DNA of 32,000 nt from Nitratidesulfovibrio vulgaris str. Hildenborough (GTDB lineage: Bacteria; Desulfobacterota; Desulfovibrionia; Desulfovibrionales; Desulfovibrionaceae), in assembly GCF_000195755.1 (NCBI RefSeq), contig NC_002937.3, positions 2,310,001 through 2,342,000 on the forward strand, written 5' to 3'. Shown one piece after another: positions 1-6,567 of this stretch. The notes beneath the pieces are model-generated. The model was not told where the DNA came from. It ran no database searches and saw nothing but the letters and a program-made list of their open reading frames with translations. The translations under genes were made by a program, and so were the position numbers. Numbering within the stretch: position 1 is the first letter of the stretch; each line of letters opens with the position of its first letter.

Positions 1-230
1 CTTGCAAATACCACACCACCCTGCACATATTATTTTCAAGTATAGAATTGTTGATATAAAGGTATGCGTCCGTGTATGATCCATGCTGAAGCCACCTTGG
101 CCCCCTGTCCAACGAAGTCGGACAGGGGCCCCCCGATGCAGGGGGCGTGGCATCGCATGCGGCATGAACAGGATTCGCTGACTCTACACATTGCTCACCA
201 ACGCGCCGTCTCACCGCCTTCGCGTGTGGG

Positions 231-971
231 ATGACGACGCCAGACGGTCACGGGCAGAGAGAGACGCAGATGCACGACGCACCAGTCGCCAGTCGTGGCA
301 CGGCTGACAAAGGTCAGCACAACGGCTATCGCCGCCCCTGCGCCCTTGCACACGTCTGTGTGTTCGTGACCCTGACCGTATCGTTTCTTCTCGCACATGC
401 CTTGCCACACAAGGCTTGGAGTAACATACAGACTCCGGCACAGGAGGCCTCGGCGAACGTCCAGACGAGGGCTGCCAGTCCCCCGACTGACCTGCACGCA
501 GGCACCCCCGACACGCCATCAGCCTCCGCCTCATATGCCGAGGCGAAACCTGCCACGACAGACCGCAAGCGTCGGCATCCGGCAATCGCGCCGGACAGCG
601 CATACCCCCATGGAATCCCTGACACGCCTGTTGAAGCCATCGTCCTGCGCATCGCCGATGGCGATACCATCATCGTGGACATCCCCGGCTATCCACCCAT
701 CATCGGCCATCGAATCGCCGTACGGGTGGCAGGTTGCGACACTCCGGAAAGCAACGACCCCCGGCAGGAGATGCGCACCCTCGCCCGGCGCGCCACCTTC
801 CGTACCCGCGAGATGGCCCCGCCGGGTTGCACCGTGCGCCTTCACAACCTGAAACGTGACAAGTACTTCAGACTTCTCGCCGACGTGGAGACACCAGTTG
901 GCGACCTCGGCACACACCTCATCGGCGAAGGGCTGGCAAGACCCTACTCCGGCGGACGCAAGACGTGGTGA
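231..971 (+). CDS. Thermonuclease (staphylococcal nuclease-like, SNase) family protein, probably membrane-anchored or secreted
   Basis: 246-aa ORF. The C-terminal ~110 aa carry SNase hallmarks (IADGDTI, RVAGCDTPE, RDKYFRLLADV, GLARPY). The N-terminus has a hydrophobic segment (VCVFVTLTVSFLLAHAL) followed by a Pro/Ala/Thr-rich linker. ATG at 231; the true start among in-frame ATGs is uncertain. Confidence 0.7.
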   Translation: MTTPDGHGQRETQMHDAPVASRGTADKGQHNGYRRPCALAHVCVFVTLTVSFLLAHALPHKAWSNIQTPAQEASANVQTRAASPPTDLHAGTPDTPSASASYAEAKPATTDRKRRHPAIAPDSAYPHGIPDTPVEAIVLRIADGDTIIVDIPGYPPIIGHRIAVRVAGCDTPESNDPRQEMRTLARRATFRTREMAPPGCTVRLHNLKRDKYFRLLADVETPVGDLGTHLIGEGLARPYSGGRKTW

Positions 972-1240
972 CCACCGCCACCATCCCGCGCCAGCCATCA
1001 GTCCGCAAGAAAACACCCCCGGTCGCCGACATAGAGGCGGCGCACGCTCATGGCTTACGTGCCGGACAATGCGGGACTGAAACAGTCCACGCGGCCACTT
1101 TCCATGTGCGCAGGGGGCAGGCATCGACGGCGGGTCGACCATGGGCACCGCAGAGGTGCTTCCATATCTCTTCAGGTGCCTCATGACGAACGTAACGACA
1201 TGCCGTTGCAAAAGAACATGTGATCGCAACCAAAAAAAAG

Positions 1241-1269
1241 TTGACGGCCAATTCGAAAATATGTATCAC
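1241..1269 (+). promoter_or_regulatory. Sigma-70-like promoter candidate for the RRM protein gene (TTGACG-N17-TATCAC)
   Basis: TTGACG at 1241-1246, a 17-nt spacer, TATCAC at 1264-1269, preceded by an A-tract. It would give a ~100-nt 5' UTR ahead of the ATG at 1376. Confidence 0.35.
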
Positions 1270-1375
1270 GGACCCATTCATTCACGGCGTTGACTTTTTC
1301 GTCTTGGACTTCGCATGGGCAAAGCTCCGTACCGATAAAGCATCAAGCCGAACTTTTCTTACGGAGCCTTTTTTC

Positions 1376-1645
1376 ATGGCCAAGACTCTCTATGTGGGCA
1401 ACCTGCCCTTCAGCGCTTCTGAAGACGACGTTCGCAGCCTTTTCACCAACTACGGTGAAGTTGTTTCCGTTAAGCTCATCATGGACCGTGAAACCGGTCG
1501 TCCCCGTGGCTTCGGCTTCGTGGAAATGAACGACGGCGACGCTGGCGCTGCCATCGAAGCTCTCGACGGTGCCGATTTCATGGGCCGTGCTCTCCGCGTG
1601 AACGAAGCGCAGGAGCGTGCCCCCCGTCCGAAGCGCGCTTGGTAG
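1376..1645 (+). CDS. RRM-type (RNP-1/RNP-2) glycine-poor RNA-binding protein
   Basis: From the internal ATG at 1376: [23 protein letters not shown] (RNP-2 LYVGNL) and RGFGFVEM (RNP-1). 89 aa. The upstream part of the 1220 ORF has no protein-like character. Confidence 0.9.
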   Translation: MAKTLYVGNLPFSASEDDVRSLFTNYGEVVSVKLIMDRETGRPRGFGFVEMNDGDAGAAIEALDGADFMGRALRVNEAQERAPRPKRAW

Positions 1646-1667
1646 CGTAGCCTTAAGACATCCACAA

Positions 1668-1700
1668 GAGGCCCCTTCCTCAGGAACGGGGCCTCTTTGC
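1668..1700 (+). terminator. Rho-independent terminator or attenuator between the RRM gene and infA
   Basis: GAGGCCCCTTCC-tca-GGAACGGGGCCTC stem (12 bp with one bulge) followed by TTTGC. It lies only ~25 nt before the infA RBS. Confidence 0.6.
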
Positions 1701-1724
1701 ACTTTCTTGCCTAGGAGGCACTTG

Positions 1725-1988
1725 ATGGCAGCTGACGATCATATTGAAATGGAAGGCGTTGTTGAAGAGGCCCTGCCCGGTACGCTCTTCCGTGTCGTGC
1801 TGGAAAACGGTCACGAAGTTCTCGCGCACCTGTGCGGCAAAATGCGCAAGTTCCGCATCCGCGTCCTTCCCGGTGACAAGGTCACTGTGCATATCTCCCC
1901 TTACGACCTGACCAAGGGCCGCATCGCACGCCGTACGACCACCCCTTCCGGTGGCCCCCGCCCCGCCCGTTCCGGCAACCGTCGCTAG
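1725..1988 (+). CDS. infA: Translation initiation factor IF-1 with a basic/Pro-rich C-terminal extension
   Basis: ATG at 1725, preceded by AGGAGG at 1713-1718. [61 protein letters not shown] is a typical IF-1 S1-fold. An extra ~15-aa tail ([17 protein letters not shown]) follows. Confidence 0.9.
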   Translation: MAADDHIEMEGVVEEALPGTLFRVVLENGHEVLAHLCGKMRKFRIRVLPGDKVTVHISPYDLTKGRIARRTTTPSGGPRPARSGNRR

Positions 1989-2389
1989 GTCGCATCACCT
2001 CGCGTACAACGCATGACGCAGGCGCCCCCGACGGGCGTCCGCGTTCGTGCAGACGTTTTCCGCCATTCCACACCCTGCCAAGCGTCTCACGCAGCAAGAA
2101 AAGCCCCGCTGGCCGATTCACGATACCCGGAAGTCTTCCAGCGAGGCTATCTGCTCACTCCGCGCGCTTCGCGCCCCGTGTGGTCCTACCGCGACCCAGA
2201 CGGGCAATCCCTCGCGGAAGCCCCGACCGGGAGTCGTTCCAACGCTGACCGGCTCATGAACTGTTGCACACATCCCCCACGCGCCCCTTCGGCATGAACC
2301 GCACCAGGGCTGACTGTATGCCGGAAGCCCGCTTCCCCATCAGTGGGTCACATCCATGCACCTGTCCCCCCTTGGCGCAAGGCAGTGCC

Positions 2390-2441
2390 ACGCACCCCGG
2401 TAACGCACCCCGGCAACGCACCCCGTTGACGCACTCCGGTT
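2390..2441. repeat. Four tandem copies of a 13-nt unit (acgcaccccggta consensus)
   Basis: Read directly: acgcaccccggta / acgcaccccggca / acgcaccccgttg / acgcactccggtt. The array lies in the convergent intergenic region between infA and the GNAT gene. Confidence 0.85.
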
Positions 2442-2522
2442 TCACACACGAACCAGAGTCCAGGGAAGCTTGTCGCACTTGTATCCGCCAGCACACGCCA
2501 CAGCGCGCGTTCCTGCGGGCAT

Positions 2523-3029
2523 CTACACCTCAAACGCTTCGTGAAAGGTCACGACGCCCTTGGGCACTTCACCTTTGAACGGCATGGCGAAGAGATACTC
2601 CGGCGGGACGCCTTCGACATTCAACCCCGGCGCATTCATGAACCCGAAACGGACGTAGTAGGTGGGGTGCCCCACGAGGCAACATCCTGCGGCACCAAGC
2701 GACTGCAGGCGGGCAAGCCCTTCGCGCACCAGTGCCGTCCCCACACCTCGGCGCGGATACGCAGGGTGCACCGACAAGGGGCCAAGGCCAAACCAGCCCT
2801 CCGTACCGTCAGACACCGCCACTGGCGAAAAGGCCACATGGCCGATGACGCGGCCATCAAACACGGCAACCAGCGACAACGAAAGAGCCCCGGCGTGACG
2901 CAAGGCTTCGATGACATATGGTTCCCGCTTGTCACTGATGTCCAGCGTCGCAAACGCCTTGGCGGTCACCTCGAATATGCTGCCGATGTCCTCCGGCACT
3001 TCCTCCCGTACAATCATGGAAGCCACCAT
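2523..3029 (-). CDS. GNAT family N-acetyltransferase (YhbS-like)
   Basis: Acetyl-CoA binding motif (HPAYPRRGVGTALV), and the C-terminal YYVRFGF motif typical of this GNAT subgroup. Start set at the ATG at 3029, after GGGAGAG; the ATG at 3017 is also possible. Confidence 0.8.
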   Translation of the reverse strand: MVASMIVREEVPEDIGSIFEVTAKAFATLDISDKREPYVIEALRHAGALSLSLVAVFDGRVIGHVAFSPVAVSDGTEGWFGLGPLSVHPAYPRRGVGTALVREGLARLQSLGAAGCCLVGHPTYYVRFGFMNAPGLNVEGVPPEYLFAMPFKGEVPKGVVTFHEAFEV

Positions 3030-3100
3030 GTGCTCTCCCTGTAGGTGCATGTCTGTCCCTGGTTTCTTTCTGATGCACTGCCACACCCGCCACCGGGCAG

Positions 3101-4147
3101 TCATCGCTGTTTCTTCACTGATTTGACGAGCTTGCTGAAGTTCTTGTCCCTATGTCTTCTCTCATGCAACGACAGGGCACCGAACGCAGCCTCTTTCCGC
3201 AGCCTGATGTAGTTGTCGTAGCGCTCCTGCGAGAGAGTGCCCGCCTCTAGGGCTGCCCGCACCGCGCAGCCCGGTTCACGCTCGTGCCGGCAATCGTGAA
3301 ACCGGCATGACCCGGCAAGCCGTTCAACGGCCTCACCCACGAAACCCTCTTCCGATTCCGGGCCGATGACGCCGAATTCCCGCATGCCGGGAGTATCGAC
3401 CAGCAGCCCGCCACCGGAGAGTATGACCATCTGACGGCGCGTCGTCTGATGCCTGCCTTCCCCCGTGGCGCTCACATGCTGTGTCGCGAAAAGCTCACGC
3501 CCCAGCAGCAGATTGGTCAGCGTCGTCTTTCCGACCCCCGACGACCCTAGCAGGCAACAGGTCTTTCCCGCCTCCACCGCAGCCTTCACGGCATCCACGC
3601 CATCTCCGCTGTACGCGCTGGTTGCAATCACATCGACATCCGCCACGCTGTGCACGACTGCGACCAGCCCCTCGAGGGCTTCTGCCGAGACCATGTCCGT
3701 CTTGGTGAGCACTACAACGGGCTTCACCCCACCCTCGCGCACCATGAAGAGATAGCGCTCAAGCCTGTTGGGACAGAAATCGTAGTGGCACGACTGCACG
3801 ATGAACGCCACATCGACATTGGCTGCGATCATCTGGTGGCGCCCTGTTTGCCCTGCGGTCCTTCGCCTCAGCCATGTCCGGCGGGGCAGCACATGATGGA
3901 TGACACCAGCGGAAAGCCCTCCATGAATATCCAGCGCGACCCAATCCCCGACGCAGGGATAGTCTGCCGGGTCGTCGTGCTCATGGATGAAGCGCCCTGA
4001 CACTTCTGCCGCAATCTCACCAGCGTTTCCCGTTGCCATGCAACGCCCCCGGTCCACAGCCACGATGCGTGCCAGCGACAGGCCGTCTGCAAGCCACCTT
4101 TCTCCATGTCCGGCGAACCATTCGTCATATCCCGAATCCGATAGCAT
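3101..4147 (-). CDS. rsgA: Ribosome small-subunit-dependent GTPase A
   Basis: Circularly permuted GTPase motifs (LTKTD, then GSSGVGKTTL, then DTPGMREF). C-terminal zinc knuckle CRFHDCRHEREPGCAV. ATG at 4147, preceded by GGTGGGAG. Confidence 0.9.
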   Translation of the reverse strand: MLSDSGYDEWFAGHGERWLADGLSLARIVAVDRGRCMATGNAGEIAAEVSGRFIHEHDDPADYPCVGDWVALDIHGGLSAGVIHHVLPRRTWLRRRTAGQTGRHQMIAANVDVAFIVQSCHYDFCPNRLERYLFMVREGGVKPVVVLTKTDMVSAEALEGLVAVVHSVADVDVIATSAYSGDGVDAVKAAVEAGKTCCLLGSSGVGKTTLTNLLLGRELFATQHVSATGEGRHQTTRRQMVILSGGGLLVDTPGMREFGVIGPESEEGFVGEAVERLAGSCRFHDCRHEREPGCAVRAALEAGTLSQERYDNYIRLRKEAAFGALSLHERRHRDKNFSKLVKSVKKQR

Positions 4148-4448
4148 CGTGCTCCCACCTGTTCCGTTGCAGAACACGGCAGACAGCACTGCCGCATTCG
4201 AAGTAGAGTGACAGGTATACGACCGGTACCCACCCGACCACCTCGTAGACGCTTAGTAGTGATGCTGTAGAACACCTGTGCCCGCGCCCCCGAAGAACGC
4301 GCGGGGAGGGGGCTTGGCATCCTCACGTGGTCAGTCTATAGTCGCTCCTGTCTATCGGCCATGGTCGGCGACGACCTCACCAGAACACCCTAGCATTCGG
4401 AGTTTTTTTGAAGAATTCACTCCAGATGGAGCTTGTGCCGCACCTCCG

Positions 4449-4493
4449 GCAAAGGCTCCTGCACATCTAGCACAGGACTGCCGGAGCCTTTGC
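4449..4493. repeat. 11-bp perfect inverted repeat (GCAAAGGCTCC ... GGAGCCTTTGC) with a 23-nt spacer in the rsgA/HTH divergent region
   Basis: Arms at 4449-4459 and 4483-4493, ending ~30 nt upstream of the HTH gene start. Could be an operator or a 5' UTR stem-loop. Confidence 0.5.
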
Positions 4494-4521
4494 TCGTTCC
4501 TTATTCCAATGAGGAGGGAGC

Positions 4522-4791
4522 ATGATGGCATACCGGAACGCAGCTGCGGTACTCCCGCAGCATCTTCTGGAAGAGATACAGAAACACGTCGATGGGGCGT
4601 TCCTGTATATCCCGCGTAGACAGGAACAGCGCAGGCGATGGGGCGAGAACAGTCCCGCACGGGAAGAGATGATGCGGCGTGATGCCGCCATTGTCGCAGA
4701 CTATCTTGAGGGTGAACGCGTCAGGAGTCTCTCTGAACGCTATCACCTCTCCGACAAGGCCATCTACAGGATCATCGCAAACCGGAAGTGA
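4522..4791 (+). CDS. Small helix-turn-helix DNA-binding protein (Mor / CD3324-like family)
   Basis: 89 aa. N-terminal LPQHLLEEIQKHVDGAFLYIPRR and C-terminal HTH (VRSLSERYHLSDKAIYRII) resemble the small Mor-type activator family as I recall it. GAGGAGGGAG RBS at 4511-4520; start at the ATG at 4522 or 4525. Confidence 0.6.
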   Translation: MMAYRNAAAVLPQHLLEEIQKHVDGAFLYIPRRQEQRRRWGENSPAREEMMRRDAAIVADYLEGERVRSLSERYHLSDKAIYRIIANRK

Positions 4792-4798
4792 ACATGAG

Positions 4799-4832
4799 CA
4801 AGACCCGCCTCCGTCACCGGAAGCGGGTCTTG
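4799..4832 (+). terminator. Strong hairpin immediately after the HTH gene (10-bp perfect stem, no U-tract)
   Basis: CAAGACCCGC (4799-4808) pairs with GCGGGTCTTG (4823-4832), with a 14-nt loop. No T-run follows, so intrinsic terminator function is uncertain. Confidence 0.4.
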
Positions 4833-4926
4833 AAGCATGACGGGGCGATACGCCCTCACCCCACGCCCTACAAGGTGTCGGCGACAGGCCCCCGAGGCAT
4901 CCATCGTGATTGCGGGCGGACTCAAC

Positions 4927-4960
4927 GCAAAAGAGGCGAAGCCTTTCGGCTTCGCCTCTT
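4927..4960 (-). terminator. Rho-independent terminator of ssb
   Basis: AAGAGGCGAAGCC-tttc-GGCTTCGCCTCTT, a 13-bp perfect stem. On the minus strand it is followed by TTTTGCG. It lies 22 nt downstream of the ssb stop. Confidence 0.7.
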
Positions 4961-4981
4961 CACATCTCATGTGCTGACGCC

Positions 4982-5512
4982 CTAGAACGGCACGTCGTCC
5001 ATGCCGCTGGCTTCCGAAGGGAACGCCGGGCCGAGGTCGTCGTCATAGGCCTGGTTGCCCATGTCGTTGTTGCGGTTCTGCTGGCGACCGCCCTGCCCAC
5101 CCTGACCGGATTGGCCGCCACGGCCGCCGGTGGGATTGAACGAACGACGGGGCGAACCGCCGTCTTCGCCCTGTTGCGCAGCCTCGCCACGACGGTCGAG
5201 GAACTGCACGCGCTGCGCCTTTATCTCCGTGCTGTACCTGTCCTGCCCCTGCTGGTCCTGCCACTTGCGTGTCTGCAGGCTGCCTTCGACAAAGACGAGG
5301 CTACCCTTGCCGAGGAAGTTGGCGCAGTTCTCGGCGGCACGCTGGAACACGACGACGGTGTGCCATTCGACACGGTCGACCTTGTTGCCTTCACGGTCGA
5401 CGTAGCTTTCATCAGTGGCGATGCGCAGGTTGGCGATGGGGGTGCCGTTCTGGGCATAACGCAGTTCGGGGTCTCGCCCGAGTCTTCCGATAATCATCAC
5501 TTTGTTGAGCAT
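4982..5512 (-). CDS. ssb: Single-stranded DNA-binding protein
   Basis: MLNKVMIIGRLGRDPELRY...WHTVVVF OB-fold, a Gly/Gln-rich linker and an acidic tail ending DDVPF. ATG at 5512, after GAGAGGA. Confidence 0.95.
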   Translation of the reverse strand: MLNKVMIIGRLGRDPELRYAQNGTPIANLRIATDESYVDREGNKVDRVEWHTVVVFQRAAENCANFLGKGSLVFVEGSLQTRKWQDQQGQDRYSTEIKAQRVQFLDRRGEAAQQGEDGGSPRRSFNPTGGRGGQSGQGGQGGRQQNRNNDMGNQAYDDDLGPAFPSEASGMDDVPF

Positions 5513-5551
5513 GGTATCCTCTCGAGGGCGGCACACCGCCCGGTTATCATT

Positions 5552-5917
5552 CTAGGACGCGGGAGCGAGGCGTTCGAGTTCGTCGAGAGCGGCTTCGATT
5601 TCGTCGCTCAGACGATTGGCCTCACGCGGATTCCACTCTGCAAGGGCCTCTTCGAGGTTCGCCTTGAGAACGGCAGCGCGTTCTATCCCCTGCCCCAGCG
5701 CCTTGCGCAGGGTGTCGTTCCACCCGGCGAAGTTGCAGGCGTCGTCGAGAGCCGCGACCAGCTGAAGCACACCGCCGCCGTCAGGCCCGACCGGGCCGTC
5801 AGGCCACACGAGTGTGGTCAGACGGGGCCATGCTTGCAACACTTCCTCTTCCCGGAAGGTCGATGCCGAAACCCTGATCTGCAAATATCTGCCCACGGCT
5901 ACTCCCGTTCCTCCCAC
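5552..5917 (-). CDS. Hypothetical protein (acidic, helical C-terminus), last gene of the carboxylase cluster
   Basis: The ORF starts with GTG at 5917, overlapping the upstream gene by 19 nt. GTG at 5896 is an alternative, placed 5 nt after GGGAG. I recognise no domain. The sequence is protein-like (LEEALAEWNPREANRLSDEIEAALDELERL). Confidence 0.5.
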   Translation of the reverse strand: MGGTGVAVGRYLQIRVSASTFREEEVLQAWPRLTTLVWPDGPVGPDGGGVLQLVAALDDACNFAGWNDTLRKALGQGIERAAVLKANLEEALAEWNPREANRLSDEIEAALDELERLAPAS

Positions 5918-6549
5918 TCCGTCTGGACTCTGGCAACCACCTCTTCGATGAGCGGCAGCTGTTCCTGCGGGCAGACGCCTATGAGCGGCTGCCCCGCATC
6001 CACGTTCTCGTTATGCTGGAAGTACACCGCATAGATGACCCCGTCGGGCCCGGAGTACCCCAGCGAAACTTCGCGCTTCATGCGCGACATGATGAAAAGC
6101 TCCATCCCGTCATGCACGGTCACCGACCGCGACCCCGAAGCCTTGATCTTCTTGTCCACGTCCGGCGTGAAGTAGTACTTCGCCCTTTCCGGCGCGTTGA
6201 ACAGGTTCAGGGTACGCTGCAGGATGATGCGCAGCACCTCGTCACGCGAGAGGAAGTGACGGATGACCATAAGAGGTGTACGTGCCTCGACGAAACGCCC
6301 CTCAAGCGACGTCTCGATGCTGGTCACCTCTCCCTTCTCCCCGGCGTGGATGGGCTTCTTGTTGTGTTCACGTTCGATGGTGGCAAGCAGTGTGCCCGGC
6401 TTCTCCTTCCACATGCCCGACACACCGCGCACGCGCGTACCCACGGCGAGGTCGCCGAAGGTGACGACACCGCAGTGCGGTGCCACGACCTGTATCTCTT
6501 CGTAGGGCGAAGCCTTTATCTCTTCAAGCAGTTTCGTAACGTCCAGCAT
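5899..6549 (-). CDS. Biotin/lipoyl attachment-domain protein with two tandem biotinyl-like domains (BCCP-like carrier)
   Basis: The second domain (GMELFIMSRMKREVSL...VDAGQPLIGV) aligns to the BCCP EAMKM region and retains Met-Lys. The first domain (GTLLATIEREHNKKPIHAGEKGEV) has His at the Lys position. ATG at 6549, after GGAGAAGGAAAG. Confidence 0.7.
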   Translation of the reverse strand: MLDVTKLLEEIKASPYEEIQVVAPHCGVVTFGDLAVGTRVRGVSGMWKEKPGTLLATIEREHNKKPIHAGEKGEVTSIETSLEGRFVEARTPLMVIRHFLSRDEVLRIILQRTLNLFNAPERAKYYFTPDVDKKIKASGSRSVTVHDGMELFIMSRMKREVSLGYSGPDGVIYAVYFQHNENVDAGQPLIGVCPQEQLPLIEEVVARVQTEWEERE

Positions 6550-6567
6550 GGCTTTCCTTCTCCTGCC

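Noticed and set aside
1-131. AT-rich left edge (about 1-70) followed by a GC-rich bulged hairpin (99-130). Considered as the end of a mobile element, an island boundary or a terminator.
   Set aside because: There is too little sequence to judge. I saw no inverted or direct repeat partner, integrase or tRNA, and no U-tract on either side of the hairpin. It is most likely just the promoter or terminator zone of the gene to the left of the window.
2390-2441. Possibility that the 13-nt tandem arrays (here and at 25475-25513) are CRISPR arrays.
   Set aside because: The units are directly adjacent with no spacers, are only 13 nt long, occur in 3-4 copies, and no cas genes are present.
1988-2523. 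Several 60-104-aa ORFs on both strands in the infA/GNAT spacer (2013..2297, 2047..2259, 2254..2496, 2264..2578, 2348..2533).
   Set aside because: They overlap one another, have no RBS or recognisable motifs, and have Pro/Arg/Ser-rich translations. One of them is partly generated by the 13-nt tandem repeat itself.
4910-6034. Long + strand ORF (374 aa). Similar long antisense ORFs occur at 7588..8892, 8816..10108, 11168..12235, 13157..14161, 19340..20029, 21507..22331, 22328..24088, 23775..24755, 27969..28721 and 28712..30217.
   Set aside because: Each lies exactly antisense to a gene with clear family motifs (ssb, ACC genes, motAB, typA, cbiB, GH3, hydantoinase-like, pdxA, glgB, glgA). Their translations are Arg/Gly/Ala/His-rich with no recognisable motifs. 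These are typical shadow ORFs of high-GC DNA.
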